A stretch of DNA of 64,000 nt from an uncultured virus (IMG/VR IMGVR_UViG_2882593062_000003) (Duplodnaviria > Heunggongvirae > Uroviricota > Caudoviricetes). Of the stretch, positions 10,272-20,386 are shown piece by piece. Each line of letters starts with the position of its first letter. The first letter of the stretch is position 1. The stretch lies in the IMG/VR virus record IMGVR_UViG_2882593062_000003; one strand, 5' to 3'. The notes beneath the pieces were generated by a model, which worked only from the letters and a program-made list of their open reading frames with translations, did no database searches and was not told where the DNA came from. The position numbers and the translations under genes were made by a program.

Positions 10272-10744
10272 TGAGTTTTCAGCAGGCGCCGGGCGCTGTC
10301 GAGTTTGGCCTCCAGCACCTTCTCCCGGTCGGTCGGTTCACTCCCCGCCAGCGAGGTCGGGACCGTCTGGGTCATGGGCTGGAGATACTTTTTCGTCGAT
10401 TCGCGCTCAAACAGCAGCAGAATCAGGATCAGGGCGAAGGCCGGCACGAACCACCACAGCAGACGCCGGTTCAGGTCGGCCCGTTTCTCCTTCGGCATCG
10501 GCTGCCAGTACGTATACCACAACCAGCTGAAGGCCGTCACGGCCGCGAAGCTGCTGACCAGAAAGGTCGTCAGGTTCAGCAGGCCCGGCACGAAGCGCCA
10601 CGCCAGCCAGGTGAAGAAAAAGGATCCGGCGACGCCGATCATCGGCACGGATACCCGCTTGGGCAAGCCCTGCGTGGTGGCACAGATCAGGTAGGCCCCG
10701 ATGGCCGCGCTGATCAGAGAGACTTGAATGAGAATGTCGATCAT
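10268..10744 (-). CDS. multi-TM membrane protein (lysis cluster)
   Basis: Four hydrophobic helices; coupled to neighbours. Confidence 0.65.
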   Translation of the reverse strand: MIDILIQVSLISAAIGAYLICATTQGLPKRVSVPMIGVAGSFFFTWLAWRFVPGLLNLTTFLVSSFAAVTAFSWLWYTYWQPMPKEKRADLNRRLLWWFVPAFALILILLLFERESTKKYLQPMTQTVPTSLAGSEPTDREKVLEAKLDSARRLLKTQ

Positions 10745-11130
10745 GGTTTGACAGGAGTTTCCAGTTTGGTAAGCACTTGTTTGAGGAGGGTGACGAAGAT
10801 TTGCCGAAGGGCCAGCATCGGATTCCGGCTCAACTCATCCCCTACACGATCCACGGCCACCTGAATGAGACTCCCCAGGTAGGCCAGCAGAAACCAAAGC
10901 CAGAACAGCATTTTCCAGTACACTTCGTAGCCGAACAGCAGCACGGCCGTACACATCACTATCCCGACACCCACACCGCCAAAACAGAAGCCGGTGAAGA
11001 ACGCCTTCAGGGCGTGGACCAGGTGCATCGCTTCCCGGTTGATGGCCCGTACGGCTGAGCCCAGAAACAGGCACAACAGCACGATAACCAGATCAGGGAC
11101 GGCTTCCAGATTTTTGAGCAGTTCGTTCAT
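10741..11130 (-). CDS. putative holin
   Basis: 129 aa, three TM helices, upstream of lysin candidate. Confidence 0.55.
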   Translation of the reverse strand: MNELLKNLEAVPDLVIVLLCLFLGSAVRAINREAMHLVHALKAFFTGFCFGGVGVGIVMCTAVLLFGYEVYWKMLFWLWFLLAYLGSLIQVAVDRVGDELSRNPMLALRQIFVTLLKQVLTKLETPVKP

Positions 11131-11163
11131 TCGTTACGGTGGGTGTTACGGCCCAGATTGGGT

Positions 11164-13239
11164 TTAATCGGTAATCGGGCGCATCGATCCGGAATACTGG
11201 GTGTAGTCCGAACCGTACAGGGTAAAATCGTTGTAGAGAAACGAGATCGGCCCGCCATTGATAGGGGCATACGGCCGGGCGAGTTTCGTCGATCCGGTCA
11301 CCATCTGCGTTTTGGTGTAGGCGATTTCGCCCGGCGATCGGGTGTACCGATCAATATAGGAGGTCGTATTGTCGGCCGACCGGCGAGCAATCAGAATCAC
11401 ATCGTCATAGCTGGGCGTCGATCCAAAAGCCATACCCGGCAGGTAGTTGGCGTCCTGATCGTAGCCGATACGGGGGCCGGCCACATCCGGGAAGATCTCC
11501 GTCATCCACATGGCCGGCAGCGTCTGACTGGAGGCCCTGACGATTGTTGAACCACTGTTTTGGCTCCAGCTTTCTCCGGCCGTGCCGGTGGTAGCTCCGG
11601 TACCGGCCGTGGCGGTGGTAAAGTTGACCCCGGCTACCTCCACACCCGAGCCGTTCAGGATCCGCACCGACTTGACCAGCAGGTTCAGCGCCAGCGAGGG
11701 GTTGGTTGAGTTGTTGGGTACCGTCAGGCTGTTGGTATTGGCAATCGGGGCGGCCGTGGCGCCGAGGCTGTAGCCCGAGGGGGTCAGTTCCTTCCAGGTG
11801 GCTCCGCCATCGGTCGAATAGATCGGGTACACGACTGAGTTGCCTCCGACGTTGGTGCGGAAGCGGAAGCCCAGGCCGACCTCATCGGTCCATGCTCCGG
11901 GGACATATTCGGTCGTGGTGATCTGGCGCTGGGTACCGCCGGTGATGGCATAGCTGAAGACGAACCGCCGGTCGGAGGTTAAGGCCGCAAACCAGCCGTT
12001 GGTGGCCGTCGATCGGCGCCGGATGAAATCCACCGTTTGGGTGGGTTTCTGTAGGTACCGGCAGACGACCTGGGCGTCGAAATCATTCAGGTTCAATGCG
12101 GCCGAGGAAGCTGTGCCGGTGTACCCGTTTCCCGTGCTGGTCAGCACGCCGTCGAAAGTGATCGTCGAGGAGGGAATGTAGCGGGTGACCTTGTACTGGG
12201 CGGCATTGTAAGTGCCGCCGGTGACATCCCAATCCGCATAGGCAATGGCCGGTGGCAGCGGCCCCGAGCGAACGTAGAAAAGCCGCCGGGAATAGCCCGT
12301 GGCCACCGTCGAGAGGGGCGTCAGATCGGTATCGAGAATAGCGCTTCCGGAATAAATGTTGCCTGTCAGAGCCGGGGTGACGATCGAAGAAACCGCCCCG
12401 GTTTTGACGTCGATCTCCAGATAGTGCAGATCGTGGGCGGAAGCCGCCGGGTTGTAGCTGAAGGCCATGCGGATCACCTGATTGCCCGAGGTGTTGAAGG
12501 CATCGGCCGTGATGATGTAGCTCTGCCGGGTACTGCCGTTAAGAATATCCCGGTAAGCCCTCGTCCAGGTCAGCGCCCCGGTGGCCTGATTGACGCTGAA
12601 GGTGGCAATGCCCCAGAAGGTATTGTTCTTTCGCGTAAACAGGATAAACGTGTCCTGCAGGGAGTCCGAATCCGCCTTGAGCCGATGAATCTGGGTGTAG
12701 GACGAAAGCGACCCCAGATTCAGCTGAATTTCCGGACCCCACTTCGTCACATCGCCTGATAAACTGCCGACCTTAAACCGGACCAGGTTGTCGTTGTTGT
12801 GATTCGTCCAGGCGATGATCGGACGGTGGTCATCCATCGCCCACAGCGCCGGGCTACAGTGATCATCGACCACCGCCGAGCCAACTTTGAACCGTTTGAC
12901 TTTGCCCGTCGAATGGGCTATTTCATTAACGACAATGTCGCCGTTGGCCGCGATACCACCCGAAACTACCCTTTCGTAAGGCTTCCGTAGGTAGGTCGCC
13001 ACCGGATGTTGCCACCACTCCAGTACGGCATCGGAAAATGGCGTTTTTCGGCTGGCCTCAATCGCCTGTTTGACCCGGAGGGCCGACATGGCTTTGGAGT
13101 TGTCGGAAAGCTGCTCGGCCTCGGTCTGGCTGGCGATGGTGACCGAACCTCCGCCACCGCCTGACGACCCACCGAGGCCAGGACGCTGACCAAGGGCCAT
13201 TAGCGGGGCCAGCAGTAGGAAAAGAAGGGCTTTTTTCAT
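11164..13239 (-). CDS. tail-fibre-like protein with N-terminal signal peptide
   Basis: MKKALLFLLLAPLMALG|Q; tail-fibre motif ASQTEAE..SDNSKAMSALRVKQAI; Asp-box-like STDGGATW. Confidence 0.65.
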   Translation of the reverse strand: MKKALLFLLLAPLMALGQRPGLGGSSGGGGGSVTIASQTEAEQLSDNSKAMSALRVKQAIEASRKTPFSDAVLEWWQHPVATYLRKPYERVVSGGIAANGDIVVNEIAHSTGKVKRFKVGSAVVDDHCSPALWAMDDHRPIIAWTNHNNDNLVRFKVGSLSGDVTKWGPEIQLNLGSLSSYTQIHRLKADSDSLQDTFILFTRKNNTFWGIATFSVNQATGALTWTRAYRDILNGSTRQSYIITADAFNTSGNQVIRMAFSYNPAASAHDLHYLEIDVKTGAVSSIVTPALTGNIYSGSAILDTDLTPLSTVATGYSRRLFYVRSGPLPPAIAYADWDVTGGTYNAAQYKVTRYIPSSTITFDGVLTSTGNGYTGTASSAALNLNDFDAQVVCRYLQKPTQTVDFIRRRSTATNGWFAALTSDRRFVFSYAITGGTQRQITTTEYVPGAWTDEVGLGFRFRTNVGGNSVVYPIYSTDGGATWKELTPSGYSLGATAAPIANTNSLTVPNNSTNPSLALNLLVKSVRILNGSGVEVAGVNFTTATAGTGATTGTAGESWSQNSGSTIVRASSQTLPAMWMTEIFPDVAGPRIGYDQDANYLPGMAFGSTPSYDDVILIARRSADNTTSYIDRYTRSPGEIAYTKTQMVTGSTKLARPYAPINGGPISFLYNDFTLYGSDYTQYSGSMRPITD

Positions 13240-13240
13240 C

Positions 13241-13570
13241 TTAATAGTATTCGGAACGGAGGGCTAAACGAACAATAGGAGTTCCAGAGGTCGCCTTGAA
13301 CCGGAAGTTTTTGACATCTTCCGCTGATTCGAGTTTGAAGGGTGGGCTTTTACGGTCCATCTCGCCTTCAATGACTGCTCCCCCGACGGTATTGTAAATA
13401 ATGGACGCGTTGGTGTTCTGGTCAGTCGAATCACTGATTCCGACCGAAACGTAAGCCCCATTATAGTAGGCATTCGGAAAATCGTTCAGGTTGAAGCCCA
13501 ACCAACTGCTGGTCGCATTGACTTCGGCATTATGAACGGTCTTTGGCTTGCCCGGGTGCGTGTGTGCCAT
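13241..13570 (-). CDS. hypothetical tail-module protein
   Basis: 109 aa, beta-rich, in operon. Confidence 0.6.
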   Translation of the reverse strand: MAHTHPGKPKTVHNAEVNATSSWLGFNLNDFPNAYYNGAYVSVGISDSTDQNTNASIIYNTVGGAVIEGEMDRKSPPFKLESAEDVKNFRFKATSGTPIVRLALRSEYY

Positions 13571-13596
13571 GCTCGTTTAGTGGTTTGTTTGGAGAA

Positions 13597-16500
13597 TTAT
13601 TGGGTTCGATACTTGACGTTGAAGGAGAGGTAGTATTCGGTGGCGCTGGCAAAACTGCCGCCGTAGGTGCCCGCCTGATGGCCGAAAACCAGATTCGGCG
13701 TAGTGTCCAGCAAACCCGTATAGACGGCCGTGTCGTTATGGGACGAGAAGGTGAAATACATATCCACCGAATCCACAAATCCCGGAATGCCCGTAATCGC
13801 CGGCTTGCCCGTCGCGGCCAGCGTCGCGTAGGCCACGCCCGTCAGCTCGAAAGTGCCGTCAATCTTGTTGATCATCACCCGACTGAGGTTGTAAGACGTC
13901 AGGGCCGAGCCGTTCTCCCGGGTCATCGCCAGCACCCCGTTATCGGCCCTTAGCATCTGTACCTCCGAGTTGGCCCAATTGATGGCCGCCCCCGAATAAC
14001 CCCCCGCTTTGGTGATCACTGTCAGGGCTCTGAGCGAAACGCCTGAGCCGGCGATGGCCACGTTCTCCCGGACGACCAGACGCTGAATCTGGTGGTTGGT
14101 TGCATCGTACTGCACGACCGGCGGATTGGCGTCGGCCGAACCCAGGGTGTTGAAGTAGAACGTGTTGTTCTTGACGGTGATGGCCGCCGTGTTGGTGCCA
14201 TCAATGTAGACGCCGTAGTTGCGGGAAAAATCGGTGTTGTTATTGATGAAGTGGATATAACCTGTCGGTGCCGCCCCTACGCCCAGAAAGGCATTGGGAT
14301 ACTTCGTGTAGTCCATCGTGATCCCGCCAGGCTGCGTATCGTCGGTGATCAGGGATTTATAGCTGTTGCCCCGATAGGTATGATTCAGGCCGGCCGAGGA
14401 GGTGAACGGCAGCGTGCAGCGGCCTGAAATGCGGTTGTTTTCGACGGTGATGTCCTTCCCTCGCAGTTGAAAACCTTCGTAGCAGTCGACGACATCGTTA
14501 TCGTAGAAAGCGATGTTTTCCGCGGCCTCGTGGCAGGCAAAGCCCTGGGATGTCCCGCCCGTGGTGGCGGAGTTGAACCAGTCCGTTCCCGAGGTGTTCA
14601 GACCCGTATTGCCGGTGACCGTATTGCCGTACACCCGGCCCAGACGGCTGGGACCTGCCGAGCCGCTGCCCGAAAAGTCCACCGCCTTGCGGTTTCCGAA
14701 AAATTTGTTGTCGTGGATGTTGTAGATCAGCCCACCCAGCGGGTCGATGCCGTACCCTTCCCCGGTTTCGTTGGCCCCCGAAATCGTGCAGCCGGCTACC
14801 TCGAAGTCGTACATGGCCTTCGGCTCGATGCCCGTATACTGGAAGCCCTTCACAACAGAGTTCGTCACCTTGCTTTTCTGCAGGTATTGCAGCGCCAGAC
14901 CCGTCACCGGGTTGTTGCCCGTATCGTTGCACTGAATCTCGACATTATCGATTTCGACGGTGGCCGCGTTGTAGTTGGAAATCGTCACCGTCTCCGAGGA
15001 CAGATACGAATCCATCAGCGGGTGCCGCAGGGTTACAGTCGTTCCCGAAATGCCTTCGATGATATTCTGCTCGGCCTTTTTGACGCCTGAGCCGATGGGC
15101 CAGTTGGTGGCGCTGGCGATGTTGATCAGGTCACCGACGGCAAAGTTGGTCACACTGGTAAAGGTGACCGTGCGCGAGCCGATGGCGGCATTAGCCGAGA
15201 GCGTCGTACTGCCTGATTTGGCCGAGGCCCGCAGGATCAGCGGGTAGAGCGCCGTGTCGGGCAGCTTAAAGATGGCTTTTCTAGCCCCCTGCCGGGAGCG
15301 GATTTTGATCGTGCCGGCAAAACCGAAGTCGATGGCTGTGCCCAGGTAGTAGGTTTTGGCCGGGTCCACCGTCAGCGTGCGGCCCGAATTGGCGGCCATA
15401 TAGGTCAGGGCGGACAGGATTTTGGCGGCATCGTTGGTAGAGCCGTTTCCGGCCGGATTCCAGATCTCAATAGGCACATCTTCGCCGGGCAGTAGCCTCC
15501 AGCGGCCCGTTGACTGTCCTGTCACCTGATGCACAGTCGCTCCGTCGTCGGCCGTCGTCGACAGCGAATCCCAATAGAACTGCACGGCCGGCATATCGCC
15601 CTGTGTCGTGTAGCCTGAGAGTGTCACCACGTGCCCGTTCAGAGGTGGAACTTTTGCTTTCATAGCCGCAACGGTCGGATATTCGGTCCGGCTATTCACC
15701 AGCGCCAGCTGAGCGTCGTTAATGAACCGGTTATTGGTGTTGGTGGCGACTTTCCCAGGCGATAGGAGCGGGATATCGTCTTCAATCAGGGCCCGGAAGC
15801 CCGGTGCCACCGAAGCCCCTGACACCGGACCGGCAAACACCTGATTGGCCGTCTGTGCCGGCAGCGACAGGCTCCCCGCCGACAGTGATCCGGCGATACC
15901 GACGCCGGTAGGGCTGACTGTCACCATGGTCGTTCCCTTCGTGACGCCGGCGGACGCGCCGGTGCGGATCTGTAGGTTGGCGTCGGTCCCCAGGATTGAA
16001 TAACCCGCCGATCCGGACGTGAAGAACTGTACGCTGGATTCGGTCGGCGTGCCCACGTTGGGCATCAGGTTGATGCCGTTGGCGCCACTGCTTGCCTGCA
16101 GGTTCAGCAGCGTTGTCGTCGAGGCCGTGTTCACGCTCAGGCTGCCCGACCGCAGGTTGCCGCCCACCCGGCCAGTGCCGCTCAGGTAGAAGCTGGCACT
16201 CTGGGCCCGGGCCGTCTGGTTCTCCAGAAAATTGACGCCAGCCCCGTCCGAGCCGGGCGATCCATAGGACAGCCGTAGCGACGAGTCGCCGGCCGCAATC
16301 CACAGGTGCGAGTTGCCCAGCCGCAGGTGGCCGTTATTCCAGCCCCCGCCCACAATGCGGAAAGAGTTGGCCGCCGAGGTGCCGTTGAGGGTAACTGCGA
16401 TCGTGTTGTTGGTGCCGTCCGAAGAAGGCGAGATGTTGCCCGTCGAGAATCCGCCGGAATAGAATTCCATGATCGGGTTGGAAGCCGCCCGCTGCTTGAA

Positions 16501-18225
16501 ATTGAAGTAGTTTCCCGCATCGCCGGTGCCGGCCGCATTCCGGAAGGAGGAGGTGACGATGGCCTGCTCGTCAAATTTGGCGATATGAGCCGCCCCTTTG
16601 TTCCAGTAGTCGACTCCCGTGTGATTTTTGACGGTGTTGCCCAGAAACGAATTCGCGCCATCGTAGGTGATGCCGATGGTCTGGTTGGCGCTCAGGTTCC
16701 CGATGCCGCCCGTGTACGCCCGGCCGTCGACCACGTTGCCGACGACGGAGACGTTGGCCGATTTTTCCAGCACCAACCCGATCTGGGCCGTGGCATTGCC
16801 GAAGCCGGCGAACAGCACCTGGTTATTATTGAAGACTACCCCATCGACCCCGCGCAGCTCGGCGCCCGATCCGTAGGACTGGTCAAACCGGTTGTGCGAA
16901 ATGATCGTGTTGTAGGTACCGAACAGCTGCTGACCGTTGAAGAGAAAGTTCGTTTCCCGCCCCACCGAGAAGGTCAGCGTGCCGGATCCGGCCGTCGTCA
17001 GGTTAACAAATGTCCCAGCTACCGCATTTTCGTAGGTGGTAGCGACCTTGAAGCTGTTGGCATTGACGGCTTTGATCCAGTACGTCTGGTTGTCGACCAG
17101 CGGGCTGGGCAGGGTGCCGGACGTAGTGAAGATCATCACCGGCGTATAGTCGGGCAGTCCGTAAGCCGTCGCCGTCAGCGCATCGGTGGCCGCATCGGCG
17201 GTAAAGGTCCAGTTAAATTCGGGCCGTGCCACATTCGCGCTGGAATTGTAGCACATGTTATCGGTAATGATGTTGTTGAAACACCGGTACCCCGTTAGCC
17301 AGAAGGGGGTGCGGGCGATCGTCCCGTTCGAAACGCCGAAGCCACTGAATGCATTCGAGTAAAACCGGCTATCGCGCACGGACTCCCCGTAGAAAGCCCC
17401 CTTGGCCGTGTTGTGGTGGAAATGCAGGGTGTTGACTTCTTTGGTGTGTACCGCAAACAGCTTCGTGCCCGTGAAAGCGCAGTGATCCACCTCGACCCCC
17501 CAGACGCCGTACATCCGCAGCCTTTGTAAATATTTATTGTCCCGATCGCCCCCGGTAAAGTCGAGGTTGGCGATCCGGCCGCCCTGGTAGCGGGCGCTGT
17601 CGCCATTCGCCAGCTGGCTGTAGACGGCCGGACCACCGTTCGTGTTCGCCGATACTTCCAGAATCGGTCCGGACAGGGTGCTGGCCGCTACCAGCCGGGC
17701 CATAGGGTTGGAAGCGGCCTGCTCGGTGACCGACACTTCCCCAATCAGCGAGACGTTGTACTTCAGGGTGATCGTCGTATCGACGGCGTAATCGGCCACC
17801 GGCAGAAACACCGTTCCTCCGCCGGCAGCATAGGCGTAGTTGATGGCCTTGCGGATGCCCGCATCGGAAAGGCTGAAGGCCCGCACATCCAGATACAGCC
17901 CTTTTGACCGCTCGTAGTAGTAGCCGGTCGGCCCGCGAAACACGATAGCCCCGTAGCCGGGTGTCGCCCCGGTCACCGTACCCACCTTCCGGATATAAAT
18001 TGAGCCGTCGGGATGCTGCACGGCCGGTGCGTTGACGGTGGTAAATTGGCTGACAGAGGTCAGCACGGTCGGCTTGACGCTCACCGAGTCGTATTTGCTC
18101 TTCTGCTGAGTGGTCAGCAGCGATCTGCCCTGGCTGTTGAAGTACTGATCCAGGGCCGCCGGGTCGGTCTGGGCCCAGCAAAGGGAGGTGAGCAGCAAAA
18201 AGAAGAGGACAAGCAGCTTTTTCAT
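13597..18225 (-). CDS. tailspike/depolymerase-like protein, two pectin-lyase-type beta-helix regions, with signal peptide
   Basis: MKKLLVLFFLLLTSLCWA|Q; LDVRAF..IRKAI...GGGTVFLP and GNGSTNDAAKI beta-helix entry motifs; Asn-ladder repeats. Confidence 0.75.
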   Translation of the reverse strand: MKKLLVLFFLLLTSLCWAQTDPAALDQYFNSQGRSLLTTQQKSKYDSVSVKPTVLTSVSQFTTVNAPAVQHPDGSIYIRKVGTVTGATPGYGAIVFRGPTGYYYERSKGLYLDVRAFSLSDAGIRKAINYAYAAGGGTVFLPVADYAVDTTITLKYNVSLIGEVSVTEQAASNPMARLVAASTLSGPILEVSANTNGGPAVYSQLANGDSARYQGGRIANLDFTGGDRDNKYLQRLRMYGVWGVEVDHCAFTGTKLFAVHTKEVNTLHFHHNTAKGAFYGESVRDSRFYSNAFSGFGVSNGTIARTPFWLTGYRCFNNIITDNMCYNSSANVARPEFNWTFTADAATDALTATAYGLPDYTPVMIFTTSGTLPSPLVDNQTYWIKAVNANSFKVATTYENAVAGTFVNLTTAGSGTLTFSVGRETNFLFNGQQLFGTYNTIISHNRFDQSYGSGAELRGVDGVVFNNNQVLFAGFGNATAQIGLVLEKSANVSVVGNVVDGRAYTGGIGNLSANQTIGITYDGANSFLGNTVKNHTGVDYWNKGAAHIAKFDEQAIVTSSFRNAAGTGDAGNYFNFKQRAASNPIMEFYSGGFSTGNISPSSDGTNNTIAVTLNGTSAANSFRIVGGGWNNGHLRLGNSHLWIAAGDSSLRLSYGSPGSDGAGVNFLENQTARAQSASFYLSGTGRVGGNLRSGSLSVNTASTTTLLNLQASSGANGINLMPNVGTPTESSVQFFTSGSAGYSILGTDANLQIRTGASAGVTKGTTMVTVSPTGVGIAGSLSAGSLSLPAQTANQVFAGPVSGASVAPGFRALIEDDIPLLSPGKVATNTNNRFINDAQLALVNSRTEYPTVAAMKAKVPPLNGHVVTLSGYTTQGDMPAVQFYWDSLSTTADDGATVHQVTGQSTGRWRLLPGEDVPIEIWNPAGNGSTNDAAKILSALTYMAANSGRTLTVDPAKTYYLGTAIDFGFAGTIKIRSRQGARKAIFKLPDTALYPLILRASAKSGSTTLSANAAIGSRTVTFTSVTNFAVGDLINIASATNWPIGSGVKKAEQNIIEGISGTTVTLRHPLMDSYLSSETVTISNYNAATVEIDNVEIQCNDTGNNPVTGLALQYLQKSKVTNSVVKGFQYTGIEPKAMYDFEVAGCTISGANETGEGYGIDPLGGLIYNIHDNKFFGNRKAVDFSGSGSAGPSRLGRVYGNTVTGNTGLNTSGTDWFNSATTGGTSQGFACHEAAENIAFYDNDVVDCYEGFQLRGKDITVENNRISGRCTLPFTSSAGLNHTYRGNSYKSLITDDTQPGGITMDYTKYPNAFLGVGAAPTGYIHFINNNTDFSRNYGVYIDGTNTAAITVKNNTFYFNTLGSADANPPVVQYDATNHQIQRLVVRENVAIAGSGVSLRALTVITKAGGYSGAAINWANSEVQMLRADNGVLAMTRENGSALTSYNLSRVMINKIDGTFELTGVAYATLAATGKPAITGIPGFVDSVDMYFTFSSHNDTAVYTGLLDTTPNLVFGHQAGTYGGSFASATEYYLSFNVKYRTQ

Positions 18226-18227
18226 CG

Positions 18228-18896
18228 TTACGAAGCGGGCATGGTGACGCTTTCCAGCAGGGTGGAAAAGCCAGGGATGTAGAGGTATTTTTTATGGTTG
18301 GTGATGTCGACGAACTCTTTGGCCAGCGGACCCGTCGCCACCGCCTGGGCGGCACTCAGCGACGCCACTGGAATCGGCCGGGCCGTGGCCAGGCCCTGTT
18401 CCACATCATAAATGCGGCTCTGCAGGGCGGCAGCAATCTCCGTGGTGATGGTTTCGCCCCCTTCGGAGGTCAGCTTCGAGACGAACACCTCAGCCATCGA
18501 CGGCCCCGGCTCATTGGCCGTCTTCGGCAGCCGCTTGTAGACGGTGATGTCCGTGTATCGGAAGGTTACCTGACCGTCCGCCGTCTGACGATACCAGCGC
18601 AGTTCGTAGGCCGCCGTAATGTTGGCCACCGACAGGCTCAGGCCCGCAACGGTTGGCGTAGCGGCCTTCAGCCGGATGATGTGGTTCTGGGGCCGTGACA
18701 GCATCGGACTGTCGTTGGCGATGATCACGTTGTGGCTTTCCTGCTGCGGGTTGGTGATCTGAATGCCGATTACCCAGGCCGATACGTCGCGCGGGCTGTT
18801 GTCTTCGTTCAGGAACTGAAGCTCGATCATGAAGGCGTCCGTGGCCAGGCGGGCGCCGGCGGATTCGGGAATATACGGAGCGGACTGGTCAGCCAT
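18228..18896 (-). CDS. baseplate/fibre-attachment-like protein (BppU-like N-terminus)
   Basis: F.IELQF..ED.SP.DVS.W motif; position upstream of spike. Confidence 0.5.
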   Translation of the reverse strand: MADQSAPYIPESAGARLATDAFMIELQFLNEDNSPRDVSAWVIGIQITNPQQESHNVIIANDSPMLSRPQNHIIRLKAATPTVAGLSLSVANITAAYELRWYRQTADGQVTFRYTDITVYKRLPKTANEPGPSMAEVFVSKLTSEGGETITTEIAAALQSRIYDVEQGLATARPIPVASLSAAQAVATGPLAKEFVDITNHKKYLYIPGFSTLLESVTMPAS

Positions 18897-20383
18897 TAGA
18901 GCGTATCGTTATAGACCATCAATTCGTGACCTTCCACCTGCTGCTGGATCGTTTTACCCGAGCTGTGCTGCATCTCCAGAATCCAAGGCTTACCCGGATG
19001 GCAGGCCTGATTCGTCGCCATGAAGGTGATGTTGCCGTCCTTCACCCGCGTTTCGGCCACGACGGCCATCGCCCGGTTGAGGTTGGTCGGATCGTCGGAG
19101 GAAAGCGCCCGGGCGGCCATGTAAAGCACGTCGGAGCCGTTGGGTTTAGGATCGGTCCAGGGCGACCAGTCGGCATCGCCCTCTCGCTTGATGCGGAATT
19201 TGCAGTAGGCTTTCGTGCCGCCGTGGGTGGCCACCGAATCGGCGTAGAAATGGTTCGAGACGGTCAGCTCGTCGTAGGCCGACAGGCGTTTAGCCGGGAA
19301 CTGATGGCCTGACCGGCCTGGGAAGTTGCCGGTGCTGCCGCCACCGCCGTCCGGGTAGAATTCGGTATGGGTATTGATGCTCTGGACGTTGACATCCCGG
19401 CCGAATTTCGGTTCACCGTTCCAGTCGATGCGCTTGCCCGTTTCCCAGAGCGCCAGAAAGCCCATGGCAATGTTCTGGGTCGTCGGCGTCTGGATGTAGC
19501 CCACCTGGCGAATTTCTCCACTCGGGTTGGTCGTGCGGATCGACCGCTTATGGCTGAACTGGCCGACCGCCAGCGTTCCCGTATGCTCGCGCATGGGCCA
19601 GTAGAAGCCGCAGCCCTTCGTGTGGCTCAGGCCCAGGTCGGAGCAGGCGTACTTCATGATCTCGAAGCGGTGCTTGACGTTGTAGAAGTCGAGCATGGAC
19701 GCCTTATTCGCCGAGGTCGGATACCAGCTGACGTTCCAGCCGATGATGTTCTTCAGCCGCGAGAAATAGCCGATTTTGTCACGGGCGGCCGCCGGCGAGT
19801 TGTACCGGTTCAGGAAATAAGGGTGCAGCGGGTTTTGCTCGCTGGTATCGGGCGCCGTGAAGTTGTCGTACTTCTGATAGGTGGCAAATGAGCCGTAGTT
19901 GCCGTATATCAGAAACGGCTTCCCGTACAGCACGTGGCTGGGAGGCAGGTTTTGGTACCGCTCGGCAGTGAACTGGTTGGCCTTGTAATACAGGTCCGTG
20001 TACCATTCGATGATCGTCCCATCGTCGTCAGGCTCCCCAAACTGGTTGCCGTTCCACTGCACGAGCGGGTAACGGTTGACCGCCTGGCGGATCAGGTTGT
20101 CGTCGTTGACCACCGGATTGTGTCCCCGGATGCCTACGGCGGAGAACTGATTGGTACCGTAAACCGAAAACGCCCGGTGATAGTTGGACGTGATGGCATT
20201 GTCCCATGAGTTGTGGTCGAGGTGGGTCCGCTGCTTGAGGTACTCCGCCAGGGGCAGATCACCGTCCTTGCAATAGCCGCCGATCCAGACGTCGGACGGC
20301 AGGCTGACCGGCGGGGCGACCCGGATCGCGTTCTCGAAGTTGGAAAGAGTGTACCAGCTGGGAATTTTAGATCGTTTCGCCAT
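18896..20383 (-). CDS. hypothetical tail-module protein (495 aa, aromatic-rich)
   Basis: Long GC-rich ORF coupled to neighbours; no family recognised. Confidence 0.65.
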   Translation of the reverse strand: MAKRSKIPSWYTLSNFENAIRVAPPVSLPSDVWIGGYCKDGDLPLAEYLKQRTHLDHNSWDNAITSNYHRAFSVYGTNQFSAVGIRGHNPVVNDDNLIRQAVNRYPLVQWNGNQFGEPDDDGTIIEWYTDLYYKANQFTAERYQNLPPSHVLYGKPFLIYGNYGSFATYQKYDNFTAPDTSEQNPLHPYFLNRYNSPAAARDKIGYFSRLKNIIGWNVSWYPTSANKASMLDFYNVKHRFEIMKYACSDLGLSHTKGCGFYWPMREHTGTLAVGQFSHKRSIRTTNPSGEIRQVGYIQTPTTQNIAMGFLALWETGKRIDWNGEPKFGRDVNVQSINTHTEFYPDGGGGSTGNFPGRSGHQFPAKRLSAYDELTVSNHFYADSVATHGGTKAYCKFRIKREGDADWSPWTDPKPNGSDVLYMAARALSSDDPTNLNRAMAVVAETRVKDGNITFMATNQACHPGKPWILEMQHSSGKTIQQQVEGHELMVYNDTL

Positions 20384-20386
20384 GGG

